Shown: positions 1 to 9,600 of the stretch, piece by piece
Position numbering within the stretch: the first letter of the stretch is position 1
Layout of the letters: the number at the start of each line of letters is the position of its first letter
NCBI GenBank assembly: GCA_042564205.1
Contig: JBHPLN010000003.1
Coordinates: 20,290-84,289, forward strand
Length of the DNA: 64,000 nucleotides
Direction of reading: 5' to 3'
Source of the DNA: Fidelibacterota bacterium
GTDB taxonomy: Bacteria; Fidelibacterota; Marinisomatia; Marinisomatales; JAHJCW01
Program-made: the position numbers and the translations under genes
Notes under the pieces: model-generated
Seen by the model: only the letters and a program-made list of their open reading frames with translations
The model's database searches: none
Told to the model about the DNA's origin: nothing

Positions 1-564
1 AGGAAGATTTAATTTGCGACCAGTTTTTAAAGCGATTTCACGTGCAATCCCTATGTGCGACAGTGCGTCAGGGCGGTTTGGTGTAATATCTAAATCAAGT
101 GTATCTAATTTTTTTTCAATATAATCTAAGAATCTAATTCCAACCGAAGTATCCATCGGTAGTTCGATTATGCCTTCATGTTCGTCGGATATACCGAGTT
201 CCCTTTCAGAACAGATCATTCCTGAGCTTTTCTCACCTCTAATGTTGGCTTCTTTAATTCTGAAGTTGCCAGGTAGAATTGCTCCAATTTTTGCCAGAAC
301 AACAATCTGATTTTCAGTTACGTTTGGGGCACCACAGATAATATTGTGATCATCTTTGCCGTCATTTACCAAACAAATTTTTAATTTGTCTGCATTTGGG
401 TGATCGTTCACTTTTAAAACACGCGCGGTAATAATCTTTGTTGAGTATTGGGTTGCCTTTTGATCTTCTGCTTCAAGACCAAGCATCGTTAATAGGTCAG
501 CCAACTCCTTTGGGTTTTCAGTGATATCTACATAGCGCTTGAGCCATTCAATAGATATTAGCAT
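1..564 (-). CDS. pheT: Phenylalanine-tRNA ligase beta subunit, N-terminal part (runs off window)
   Basis: Manual translation from ATG at 564 (TAATG overlap with pheS stop): MLISIEWLKRYV...HPNADKLKIC...ICGAPNV...IRGEKSSGMICSERELG...DITPNRPDALSHIGIARE. Confidence 0.97.
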   Translation of the reverse strand, partial: MLISIEWLKRYVDITENPKELADLLTMLGLEAEDQKATQYSTKIITARVLKVNDHPNADKLKICLVNDGKDDHNIICGAPNVTENQIVVLAKIGAILPGNFRIKEANIRGEKSSGMICSERELGISDEHEGIIELPMDTSVGIRFLDYIEKKLDTLDLDITPNRPDALSHIGIAREIALKTGRKLNLP

Positions 565-1556
565 TAGAACTGTCCCAGAAAACGAACATCATTTTGATAA
601 AATATTCGAATATCATTAATCTTGTATTTAAGCATAGCAATACGTTCAATCCCAAGACCGAATGCATAACCCTGCCAGATTTCAGGATCATATCCCACAT
701 TTATGAATACATTCGGATCTACCATGCCACATCCGAGAATCTCAAGCCATTGACCACGATCAGAATCCCATATGTCAACTTCCGCGCTGGGTTCAGTGAA
801 TGGGAAATAACTTGGTCGGAATCTAATTTTTACATTATTACCAAAAATCTGTCTCACAAAATAATGTAAAATACTTTTCATCTCAGAAAATGAAACATCC
901 TTGTCAACGTACAGTCCTTCGATTTGATGAAATAGACAGTAACTCTTATAGCTAATCGATTCATTACGATAAACACGGCCTGGGACAATATAGCGTAAAG
1001 GTGGATCCTGATTTTCCATTAAATGGATTTGCACATTGGATGTATGCGTCCTGAGTACAGTGTCAGGATCAACAAAAAAGGTGTCCTGCATATCACGTGC
1101 AGGATGATGTTTAGGAAAATTGAGCGCTGAAAAATTATGATAATCGTCATCAATCTCTGGTCCATAGGCGATAGAGAATCCTACCGATTTGAAGATGTCC
1201 TTTAATTCTCTGGTAACTAATTCGATTGGATGTACTGACCCAAGTTTGTAACTGACGCCCGGGAGAGAATGATCAATACTTGGTTTCGATTTTCCCGCTT
1301 TCGCTGATTTGATAGCATTGATCCTTTCTTGATATGAAGTGGTAAGTTCTTTTTTTAATTCATTCAGCAGTCTTCCATATTCAGGCCTTTCGGACTCTGG
1401 TGCTTGGCGCATACTTGTAAATAATTGAGCAATCTGACCGTTCCTTCCCAGAAATTGAATCCGTAACGCTTCAATCTCTTTGGGGTCGCTAGGAAAAGAT
1501 TCGATGGCAGCCCGAAATTTTGTCCGAACTGCCTCGATTCTTTTTGTTAATGACAT
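564..1556 (-). CDS. pheS: Phenylalanine-tRNA ligase alpha subunit
   Basis: HPARDMQDTF, LRTHTS, FRPSYFPFTEPS and GLGIERIAML motifs; likely start MSLTK at 1556, which avoids overlapping rplT. Confidence 0.98.
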   Translation of the reverse strand: MSLTKRIEAVRTKFRAAIESFPSDPKEIEALRIQFLGRNGQIAQLFTSMRQAPESERPEYGRLLNELKKELTTSYQERINAIKSAKAGKSKPSIDHSLPGVSYKLGSVHPIELVTRELKDIFKSVGFSIAYGPEIDDDYHNFSALNFPKHHPARDMQDTFFVDPDTVLRTHTSNVQIHLMENQDPPLRYIVPGRVYRNESISYKSYCLFHQIEGLYVDKDVSFSEMKSILHYFVRQIFGNNVKIRFRPSYFPFTEPSAEVDIWDSDRGQWLEILGCGMVDPNVFINVGYDPEIWQGYAFGLGIERIAMLKYKINDIRIFYQNDVRFLGQF

Positions 1557-1563
1557 TTTACTT

Positions 1564-1908
1564 TTATTTAATTGATTTTGCCAGAGATGCAAAAGCTTCA
1601 GGATTGTTAACCGCTAATTCGGATAAACTTTTACGGTTAATTTCAATTCCTTGCTCCTTGATTCCGGCTATGAAAGCAGAATAGTTTAAACCATGTTGCC
1701 TTGCCGCAGCGTTTATCCGTATAATCCAAAGACGCCGAAAATAGCGTTTCCTTTGGCGACGATCACGGTAGGCATATAGTCCAGCCTTCCAGACCGCATC
1801 AATTGCGGATTTATATGTGCGGCTCCGGGCACCATAGTAGCCTTTGGCCTGCTTCAGTACTTTTCTGTGCCGACGATGACGGGGCACAGAACTATTTGAT
1901 CTAGGCAT
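1564..1908 (-). CDS. rplT: 50S ribosomal protein L20
   Basis: [10 protein letters not shown] and [11 protein letters not shown] motifs; thrS-infC-rpmI-rplT-pheST synteny; AAGGAG SD. Confidence 0.99.
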   Translation of the reverse strand: MPRSNSSVPRHRRHRKVLKQAKGYYGARSRTYKSAIDAVWKAGLYAYRDRRQRKRYFRRLWIIRINAAARQHGLNYSAFIAGIKEQGIEINRKSLSELAVNNPEAFASLAKSIK

Positions 1909-1919
1909 TTATTACTCCT

Positions 1920-2114
1920 TTAGACACCTAACATCCGACGAACTTTTTTTACTTCCGCTCTAACAAGGATTGTAGCTTTGCGCATCTTCCTCTTAGCATC
2001 CTTCGAGCGTCGGATTAACATGTGACTATGGTTTGCTTTATTGCGCTTAATTTTTCCAGTACCAGTTAATTTAAATCGTTTTGCGGCACTTCGGCGCGTT
2101 TTCTGCTTAGGCAT
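1920..2114 (-). CDS. rpmI: 50S ribosomal protein L35
   Basis: MPKQKTRRSAAKRFKLTGTGKIKR; synteny. Confidence 0.99.
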   Translation of the reverse strand: MPKQKTRRSAAKRFKLTGTGKIKRNKANHSHMLIRRSKDAKRKMRKATILVRAEVKKVRRMLGV

Positions 2115-2123
2115 TCATTTCTC

Positions 2124-2636
2124 CTATTTCGCAGTAAGTATTAATGAAATTCTGCGTCCTTCCATGGGATTGCGTTTCTCAATTTCGGCAATATCCGAAA
2201 GCATTTCAATAACTCTATTTACTACTATTTCTCCCAAATCTAATCGGGACATTTCCCTGCCCCTAAACATAATTGTGACTTTTAATTTTGCACCATCAAG
2301 TAAAAACTTTCGACCCATACTTACTTTTGTGTCAAGATCGTGGTCGTCAATTCGTGGTCTAAGTCTTATTTCTTTTAATTTTACAACGTGTTGCTTTTTC
2401 TTGCTTTGCTGCGCTTTTTTCTTCTCTTCGTATTTTAATTTTCCATAATCGAGAATTCTACATACAGGTGGTTTTGCGTTTGGTGAAACTTCGATTAAAT
2501 CCAGGTCAACATCCCGTGCTTGCTCCAGTGCTGTTTCTAGACTTACAATACCTAATTGTTCTCCATCAGCGCTAATGAGTCTTACTTCTTCTGCTCGGAT
2601 ATTCTCATTCACCCGTATTTTATTTGTCTTTGCGAT
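2124..2636 (-). CDS. infC: Translation initiation factor IF-3, probable ATC start
   Basis: NENIRAEEVRLI, PPVCRILDYGK, KEIRLRPRIDDHD; in-frame ATC at 2636 lies just downstream of a GAGGAGG SD (2644-2650). Confidence 0.97.
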   Translation of the reverse strand: MAKTNKIRVNENIRAEEVRLISADGEQLGIVSLETALEQARDVDLDLIEVSPNAKPPVCRILDYGKLKYEEKKKAQQSKKKQHVVKLKEIRLRPRIDDHDLDTKVSMGRKFLLDGAKLKVTIMFRGREMSRLDLGEIVVNRVIEMLSDIAEIEKRNPMEGRRISLILTAK

Positions 2637-4575
2637 ACAGATCCCTCCTCTGAGTTATTTCTTCAGAAAGTTTTACTATAAGATCGGTTAAGGTAGTAGT
2701 ACCCATGTCACCTTCAAACCTTCTCCTTACAGCAACTAACTGAGTCTGCTCTTCCCTCTCCCCAACAATGAGCATAATATTAATTTTAGATAATTCTGCT
2801 TGGCGAATCTTGGCTCCTATTTTATCAGGACGATCATCAAGATTTACGCGAAATCCGTGTTTAAATAATTCTTTCTCAATTTTTTTTGCATAATCATTTG
2901 ATTTTTCTGAAATAGGCAATACGGTAATTTGTACCGGAGCTAGCCATAGCGGAAAATCTCCGCCATAATGTTCAATTAAAAATCCAATGAATCTCTCATG
3001 CGTGCTTAATGGTGCACGATGAATACAAATCGGAAATTCATCTTTACCTTTTGCATTTTTGAACGTCAATCCAAATCGCTCTGGAATTGCAAAATCAACT
3101 TGATTGGTTGCTAGAGTGAATTCTTTACCAATAGCACTCCAGACCTGAACATCTATTTTTGGGCCATAAAAGGCTGCTTCACCCGGAATTTCAACATACT
3201 CTATCCCTCCCTCATCGAGAGCTTCTCGCACAGCTTTTTCAGTTTTAATCCAGTTATTTCCATCATCGACAAATTTTTTCCCAAGATAAGCAGGATCATG
3301 CAAGCTTAATCGCATTTGATATTTATCTATACCAAATATATTAAAATAATAAGTATATAAATTGCATACGTTTAAAAATTCTTCTTTGAATTGGTCCCGA
3401 CTGCAATAAATATGTGCATCATTCATTTGCATGCTACGAACTCGCATGAGTCCGAATAATTGTCCTGTCTTTTCATAACGGTAGCAAGTCCCGTATTCTG
3501 ATAATCTGACTGGGAGATCACGATAGCTGTGCGATGAGGAAGCAAAAATTTTATGATGATGTGGACAATTCATCGGTTTAATATAATAGTCGATTCCATC
3601 AACATCCATTGCTGGATACATGCTGTCTTTATAGAGCTCTAAATGTCCAGATTTTTCGTACAAATTTCCCTTAGATAGGTGCGGTGTTCGAACCTGTTTG
3701 TAACCAGCATTTCTTTCAGTTTCTTTTGCAAGTTTCTCTATTTCTTCAATTATTACCGTTCCATTTGGCAGCCATAATGGTAATCCTGGACCTACTTCAT
3801 TATCAAAAACGTAAATTCCTAACTCTTTACCAATTTTACGATGATCTCTTTTCTTAGCTTCTTCGATAAAATCTAAATATTCCTTAAGTGCTTTTTTTGA
3901 AGCAAAAGCTGTTCCATATATTCGTTGAAGCATTTTATTTTTTTCGTCGCCACGCCAGTACGCTCCGGAAGAGTCAAGTAATTTAAAATATTTTATTTTC
4001 CCGGTTGATGGAACATGGGGGCCTCTACAAAGATCAGTGAAATCATCTTGTTGATAAGCAGAGATTTGATCATTATCATCAATTTCATTAATAATCTCAA
4101 CCTTATAAAATTCACCCATTTCATCGAATAATTTAATAGCGTCGCTTTTGCTCAGAGCTAACCTTGAAACAGAAAAATTCGCTTTTGAAAGTTCTTTCAT
4201 TTTCTGTTCGATCTTTAATAGATCATCCTTGGAAAAAGTGCCTTCTATGTCAAAATCATAGTAAAAACGATTTTCAATTGCAGGGCCTATTGTTACCTTT
4301 GCTTTGGGGAATAGCGATTTTACAGCATGAGCCATAAGGTGCGCTGTGCTATGCAGCAAAATTGAGTGCCCCTCTACGCTTTCACCAGAAAGCATTTCAA
4401 TTTTTGCATCTTCATTTATTTGATAATTTAAATCAACTAACCTATCGTCAATTTTGGCCGCAACCATTTCATGCAATCTTGGAATGCCAATACTTTGCCC
4501 AAGTTCTAGAGGTGTTATGCCTGCTTGGAAAATGTGCGTAGAATTGTCGGGCAATTTAAGAGTGATTTCGCTCAT
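2620..4575 (-). CDS. thrS: Threonine-tRNA ligase
   Basis: TGS and editing domains (HSTAHLMAHA, DLCRGPH), KPMNCPHH, AAFYGPKID, anticodon domain. Confidence 0.99.
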   Translation of the reverse strand: MSEITLKLPDNSTHIFQAGITPLELGQSIGIPRLHEMVAAKIDDRLVDLNYQINEDAKIEMLSGESVEGHSILLHSTAHLMAHAVKSLFPKAKVTIGPAIENRFYYDFDIEGTFSKDDLLKIEQKMKELSKANFSVSRLALSKSDAIKLFDEMGEFYKVEIINEIDDNDQISAYQQDDFTDLCRGPHVPSTGKIKYFKLLDSSGAYWRGDEKNKMLQRIYGTAFASKKALKEYLDFIEEAKKRDHRKIGKELGIYVFDNEVGPGLPLWLPNGTVIIEEIEKLAKETERNAGYKQVRTPHLSKGNLYEKSGHLELYKDSMYPAMDVDGIDYYIKPMNCPHHHKIFASSSHSYRDLPVRLSEYGTCYRYEKTGQLFGLMRVRSMQMNDAHIYCSRDQFKEEFLNVCNLYTYYFNIFGIDKYQMRLSLHDPAYLGKKFVDDGNNWIKTEKAVREALDEGGIEYVEIPGEAAFYGPKIDVQVWSAIGKEFTLATNQVDFAIPERFGLTFKNAKGKDEFPICIHRAPLSTHERFIGFLIEHYGGDFPLWLAPVQITVLPISEKSNDYAKKIEKELFKHGFRVNLDDRPDKIGAKIRQAELSKINIMLIVGEREEQTQLVAVRRRFEGDMGTTTLTDLIVKLSEEITQRRDLYRKDK

Positions 4576-4804
4576 ACTTTAGATGATAGAGAAATACAAT
4601 TTAGAATGTAAAACAGGAAAATTGAGGATGTAATTCTTCCTTGTCCTCTATTAAGAGAGCATGGAGAGTTTTTAATCTATATTTCGTAATCATATAAAAT
4701 TGCGTTTCAAATTACCGTCGAAATTGGGCTGAATTAATTAACTATATCAAGGAAAATTGATTTGTACAAATTATGTCAATTACTATTATCAATTTTGCAT
4801 ATTG

Positions 4805-4891
4805 CGGAGAGGGAGGGATTCGAACCCCCGGTACCCGAAGGTACACTGCATTTCGAGTGCAGCGCGATCAACCAGACTCTGCCACCTCTCC
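4805..4891 (-). tRNA. tRNA-Ser(CGA)
   Basis: GGAGAGG acceptor, anticodon arm CTGCA-CTCGAAA-TGCAG, long variable arm, GGTTCGAATCC. Confidence 0.97.
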
Positions 4892-4910
4892 GATTTCTAA
4901 GTAACAAAAA

Positions 4911-5408
4911 TTACGAGTTTCTTTTTGATTTGAAAAAGGTTTGGATTAGTGCGAGCGATTCTTTCTCCATTACACCACCCTTAACGGCCACGGTATTTAT
5001 AAAACTGGGATCGCTGCATAATGCATAACGCGATCCGCAACATCCTTCTGCTTCATCGTAACACCCGAATATCACCATTTTTAATCTGGCGTTAATGATT
5101 GCGCCAGTACACATGGCACAGGGTTCCTTTGTTACATAGATGAAACAATTTGATAAACGCCAGTCCTGCAAAGTATTGGCAGCAGCAGAGATAGCAATAA
5201 TTTCAGCGTGAGCAGTAGGATCATGTAGTCCTTCGCATTGATTATATCCCCTTCCAATGATCTGGTTGTCTTTGACTACAATGGCACCTACTGGAATTTC
5301 ATTAGATGTAAATGCTAAGTCAGCCTGCTTGAGAGCGAAATTCATCCATTTTGTGTGCTGTACTATTGAATTTTGAAAATCACTGGAAGAATTCATATTA
5401 ATTGACAC
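4911..5408 (-). CDS. tadA: tRNA adenosine(34) deaminase
   Basis: EIPVGA, DPTAHAEI and EPCAMC zinc-deaminase motifs. Confidence 0.93.
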   Translation of the reverse strand: MSINMNSSSDFQNSIVQHTKWMNFALKQADLAFTSNEIPVGAIVVKDNQIIGRGYNQCEGLHDPTAHAEIIAISAAANTLQDWRLSNCFIYVTKEPCAMCTGAIINARLKMVIFGCYDEAEGCCGSRYALCSDPSFINTVAVKGGVMEKESLALIQTFFKSKRNS

Positions 5409-5410
5409 TA

Positions 5411-7114
5411 CTATTTTTGGGCTTTTTCAATCTTTGCCCAAGTGTCACGCAGAGATATCGTCCGGTTAAATATTAGTTCATTTTTCTCTTCAGAACTATG
5501 ATCAATAATAAAATAACCTGTGCGCTCAAACTGATATCGGTCGCCTGGTTTTCCATTAGTGACACACGATTCCATTTTACAGTTATTTACAATTCTCAGG
5601 GAATCCGGATTTATATTAGATTTCCAATCTTCACTGCTACTAGATTTCATTGGATCGGCAACTTTATATAGTCTATCATACAAGCGTACTTTGGCATCTA
5701 CGGCATGCCCTGCAGATACCCAGTGAATAGTACCTTTAACTTTTCTGAGCTGCGTACCAGTTCCACTTTTTGTATTAGGATCGTATGTACAGTGTATTTC
5801 TGTAATTTCATTAGTTGTGTTATCCCTGATCACATTTTCACATTTAACGATGTAAGCATACCGCAGTCTAACCTCCCGACCGGGAGCAAGGCGGAAATAT
5901 TTATTAGGGGGGTCTTCCATGAAGTCACTGCGTTCAATAAATATCTCCTTTGAAAATGTTATCTTTCTTGATCCCATTAAAGGATCTTCAGGATTATTAA
6001 TTGCCTCTAATTCTTCAACTTGACCTTCAGGGTAATTTGTAATTACTAATTTAATTGGATCTAAAACGGCAAGTATGCGAGGTACAATTTTATTTAGTTC
6101 TTCACGGATTATATGTTCGAATTTTGCAATATCAATGATACTTTGACGTTTAGCCACACCTGAACTAGCGACAAATTTAATTATAGATTCTGGTGTCACT
6201 CCGCGTCTCCTTAATCCAGTCAGGGTTGGCATTCTGGGATCATCCCAACCCTCGACATATTTCTCTTCCACCAGCTCTCGTAATTTTCTTTTGCTTTGAA
6301 CAGTGTGACTCATTACTAGTGGAGAAAATTCAATTTGCTGTGGATGGTGAATACCGATATTTTCTAAGAACCAATCATATAATGGCCTATGGTCTTCAAA
6401 TTCTAAAGTGCACATAGAATGTGTTATATTTTCGATGGAATCAGATTGACCATGAGTAAAATCGTAAGTTGGGTAAATACACCATTTATCCCCGGTTCTA
6501 TGATGTGTAGAACGCAAAATGCGGTACATAATGGGATCACGCATATTCAAATTACCAGAAGCCATATTAATCTTGGCTCGAAGAACTCGGCTGCCATCTT
6601 CATAATTACCGGTTTTCATAGCTCTAAATAATTTTAGGTTCTCTTCGATTGAACGGTTTCGGTAAGGACTTTCTTTGCCCGGCTCAGTCAGCGTTCCGCG
6701 ATATTCCTTTATCTCAGATGGGCTTAAATCGCAAACAAATGCTTTTCCTTTTTGAATTAATACTTCAGCATATTCATATAAGGTATCAAAGTAATCGGAG
6801 GCATAATACAAGCGGTCTTGCCAATCGAAACCAAGCCAGTGAATATCGTTAATTATAGATTGAACATACTCGTGTTCTTCTTTGACAGGATTTGTGTCAT
6901 CAAAACGTAGATTTGTTTGGCCATTATTTTCTGCTGCTATTGTAAAATCAAGGTAAATGGCTTTTGCATGCCCAATATGCAAGTAGCCATTTGGTTCTGG
7001 TGGGAATCTAGTATGAACGCGACCAGCATACTTTCCGGTTATCTTATCATTGGCGACAATAGTACGAATAAAATCTAACGATTTTTTCGTCTCACCTAAT
7101 TTAGATTCACTCAA
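5411..7114 (-). CDS. glnS: Glutamine-tRNA ligase
   Basis: TRFPPEPNGYLHIGHAK, LRFDDTNP, GWDDPRMPT, FRLAPGREVRLR, QFERTGYF; TTG start. Confidence 0.97.
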   Translation of the reverse strand: MSESKLGETKKSLDFIRTIVANDKITGKYAGRVHTRFPPEPNGYLHIGHAKAIYLDFTIAAENNGQTNLRFDDTNPVKEEHEYVQSIINDIHWLGFDWQDRLYYASDYFDTLYEYAEVLIQKGKAFVCDLSPSEIKEYRGTLTEPGKESPYRNRSIEENLKLFRAMKTGNYEDGSRVLRAKINMASGNLNMRDPIMYRILRSTHHRTGDKWCIYPTYDFTHGQSDSIENITHSMCTLEFEDHRPLYDWFLENIGIHHPQQIEFSPLVMSHTVQSKRKLRELVEEKYVEGWDDPRMPTLTGLRRRGVTPESIIKFVASSGVAKRQSIIDIAKFEHIIREELNKIVPRILAVLDPIKLVITNYPEGQVEELEAINNPEDPLMGSRKITFSKEIFIERSDFMEDPPNKYFRLAPGREVRLRYAYIVKCENVIRDNTTNEITEIHCTYDPNTKSGTGTQLRKVKGTIHWVSAGHAVDAKVRLYDRLYKVADPMKSSSSEDWKSNINPDSLRIVNNCKMESCVTNGKPGDRYQFERTGYFIIDHSSEEKNELIFNRTISLRDTWAKIEKAQK

Positions 7115-7232
7115 TTTGCAATTCCCTGATAATATTTTTCATAAAAAATTTAAAGAAAATTAATATGTTGACCTTAATCTATTTCATTTATTTTATATGG
7201 GAAATTACTTCTCAGGAATTAAGCGAAATTTG

Positions 7233-7304
7233 TAGCCCGTAGGGGAATCGAACCCCTATTACAAGATTGAGAATCTTGCGTCCTAACCGTTAGACGAACG
7301 GGCC
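7233..7304 (-). tRNA. tRNA-Glu(CTC)
   Basis: GGCCCGT acceptor, anticodon arm CAAGA-TTCTCAA-TCTTG, GGTTCGATTCC. Confidence 0.97.
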
Positions 7305-7310
7305 TCATTG

Positions 7311-7384
7311 TACGCCCGGAAGGATTCGAACCCTCAACCTCCTGGTCCGTAGCCAGGCACTCTATCCAGTTGAGCTACGGGCGC
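7311..7384 (-). tRNA. tRNA-Arg(ACG)
   Basis: GCGCCCGTAGCTCAACTGGATAGAG, anticodon arm CCTGG-CTACGGA-CCAGG. Confidence 0.97.
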
Positions 7385-7399
7385 ATAATTTTATTGTTG

Positions 7400-7470
7400 C
7401 TGGGGAGCAGGGATTCGAACCCCGATAGCCAGAACCAGAATCTGGTGTCTTGCCGTTGGACGACTCCCCA
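7400..7470 (-). tRNA. tRNA-Gln(CTG)
   Basis: TGGGGAG acceptor, anticodon arm CCAGA-TTCTGGT-TCTGG. Confidence 0.97.
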
Positions 7471-7500
7471 ATAGCTATGAACATTTTCAAAAAACGCTGC

Positions 7501-7531
7501 CAAAATTAAGATAGGTTTTTATATGGGACAA
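7501..7531 (-). promoter_or_regulatory. Putative promoter of the tRNA-Gln/Arg/Glu cluster (TTG-N20-TAATTTTG)
   Basis: Matches the Bacteroidota-type -33/-7 consensus, 30 nt upstream of tRNA-Gln. Confidence 0.6.
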
Positions 7532-7777
7532 TTCCCTTTTGCTTTAAACATACAAGTATATTCATTATAAAATCTATTTTGAAATCATGCTTCCTTTTTG
7601 CAGTATAAGCACGACGTGGCTTAAAAATCTCTCAAAACTGAACCTTTTTCCAGAAGCTCATAAAAGTGTGAATCGATTTACCATTGCTTAATTGAATTGA
7701 AATATTAAGTACCTTTTTATTATGAATAGAACTATCCTGATTTCTATAACTGGGATAATGTATGAATAATAAAATAT

Positions 7778-9211
7778 TTAATCTGTTCTCGGGAAACGTT
7801 TTAAGGCCGAATTTATTCGTCTAAGACAAGTCTCTTTTCCCAATATCTCCATTATATTAAATAAAGATGGTCCGGCTGCGACACCACTAAGGGCTAGTCT
7901 AGTTGGGTGGATTAAATTACCGGCAGAAACTTGTTTAGCATCGGTAATTTTCCGTAGAGTATATTCAAGTATATCTTTATCCCATTGCTTTAAATCACTT
8001 AATAAAACAATATACTCTGATACAATATCATTAATTGAATTATCCTTCCAACGTTTTCTGACAGCCTTTTCTTCATATTCATTTGGATCATTAAAGAAAT
8101 ATCTAGTTTTCTCATCTAGTTCAACCAATGATTTAATTCGTTCTTGCATCAACTCAACTATTGAAATGAGGTAATTATCGTGCGATGTATCACGCCATGC
8201 AGGATAAAATTCACGCATTTTTTTTAATATTGCACTTGGCTGGAGTTTAAAAATGTGCTGTCCGCTCATCCAGTTAAGTTTTTTATCGTCATATACAGCA
8301 CCCTTTTTTTGCACCTTTGAAATATTAAAAGTTTTGATCAATTCCTGAACGGAAAATATTTCCTCTTCTGTTCCTGGATTCCATCCTAAAAAAGCCAGAT
8401 AATTAACAAGGGTTTGAGGTAGATAACCTTGATCTCGGAAAAATTGAATTCCAGGTGCTGAGTGCCGTTTGCTAAGTCTTTTCTTGTCATGACCCAGAAT
8501 CATTGGAAGATGCGCAAATATTGGAGTATTGTATTCTAATCCATTATAAATCAAAATTTGTTTGGGAGTATTGGAAATGTGATCTTCACCGCGAATTACA
8601 TGTGTTATTTGCATATCATTGTCATCGACAACAACCACCAGATTGTAGGTCGGTGTACCATCAGTCCTAGCAATAATAAAATCATCGATCTGGCTATTCT
8701 CAACTTTTACACTTCCATAAATTTGATCTTGAAATTCTGTATTCCCACCAGGAACTCTCATTCTGACTGAAAAATTAATTTGCTTTTCCAAATACATCTG
8801 AACTATTTTGTCTGATAAATTCCTACAAATACCCGAATAAGTATAAGCTTCACCCCTTTTATCCGCTGATTCTCGCTCATTCCCTAATTGTTCCTTTGAA
8901 CAAAAACAGCGATAGGCGTTGTTTTTGTTAAGGAGTTTTTCAATGGTGGATCTATATAATTCCTGCCGTTGGGATTGATATACGATTGGATTTTCCCATT
9001 CAAGGCCCAGCCATTGCAGTGAGTCTTTTATTTGTTGAACAAACTCAGGTTTAGACCTGACTGCATCAGTATCTTCAATACGCAGTAAAAATGTTCCTTT
9101 ATTTTGCTTTGCAAAAAGCCAGTTAAATAAAGCAGTTCGAGCACCACCCAGATGTAGCTCTCCAGTGGGGCTGGGAGCAAATCGTACACGTGGTTTTAGT
9201 TGATTAGACAT
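7778..9211 (-). CDS. gltX: Glutamate-tRNA ligase
   Basis: RVRFAPSPTGELHLGG, LRIEDTD, THVIRGEDH, RLSKRH, C-terminal anticodon domain. Confidence 0.98.
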   Translation of the reverse strand: MSNQLKPRVRFAPSPTGELHLGGARTALFNWLFAKQNKGTFLLRIEDTDAVRSKPEFVQQIKDSLQWLGLEWENPIVYQSQRQELYRSTIEKLLNKNNAYRCFCSKEQLGNERESADKRGEAYTYSGICRNLSDKIVQMYLEKQINFSVRMRVPGGNTEFQDQIYGSVKVENSQIDDFIIARTDGTPTYNLVVVVDDNDMQITHVIRGEDHISNTPKQILIYNGLEYNTPIFAHLPMILGHDKKRLSKRHSAPGIQFFRDQGYLPQTLVNYLAFLGWNPGTEEEIFSVQELIKTFNISKVQKKGAVYDDKKLNWMSGQHIFKLQPSAILKKMREFYPAWRDTSHDNYLISIVELMQERIKSLVELDEKTRYFFNDPNEYEEKAVRKRWKDNSINDIVSEYIVLLSDLKQWDKDILEYTLRKITDAKQVSAGNLIHPTRLALSGVAAGPSLFNIMEILGKETCLRRINSALKRFPRTD

Positions 9212-9226
9212 ATTGGGAATTTAATG

Positions 9227-9313
9227 CGGAGGCGAGAGGATTCGAACCTCTGAAGGACATAAGCCCTTGCTGGTTTTCAAGACCAGTGCATTCAACCACT
9301 CTGCCACGCCTCC
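9227..9313 (-). tRNA. tRNA-Ser(TGA)
   Basis: Anticodon arm CTGGT-CTTGAAA-ACCAG, long variable arm. Confidence 0.97.
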
Positions 9314-9331
9314 AATTGAGAAAAATCATTG

Positions 9332-9418
9332 CGGAGAGAGAGGGATTCGAACCCTCGAACGGCGTGAACCGTTACACGCTTTCCAAGCGTGCTCCTTCAG
9401 CCACTCGGACATCTCTCC
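9332..9418 (-). tRNA. tRNA-Ser(GGA)
   Basis: Anticodon arm CACGC-TTGGAAA-GCGTG, long variable arm. Confidence 0.97.
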
Positions 9419-9454
9419 AAATACAAAATTTAAAATGCACCTTAATAAAGCCAG

Positions 9455-9485
9455 CAAAGTTAATTAGACTAATATTATCACACAA
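9455..9485 (-). promoter_or_regulatory. Putative promoter of the tRNA-Ser pair/gltX (TTG-N20-TAACTTTG)
   Basis: Same motif and spacing as 7501-7531. Confidence 0.6.
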
Positions 9486-9600
9486 TTATTGGTGTTAGTT
9501 CTTTTTAGTAGATTTGAATTTATTTATAGGATCTCAAAACTCAAGCAGTACCATGAAATCGTAATTACTGTTGTATTTTATAAAATATAAAAAATATAAT

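Noticed and set aside
4601-4693. 30-codon ORF upstream of thrS as a leader peptide or T-box
   Set aside because: Not Thr-rich, no SD, no T-box motif or attenuator hairpin seen.
4762-5028. Plus-strand ORFs over tRNAs (also 9267-9498)
   Set aside because: Antisense read-through of tRNA-Ser genes (AEREGFEP pattern).
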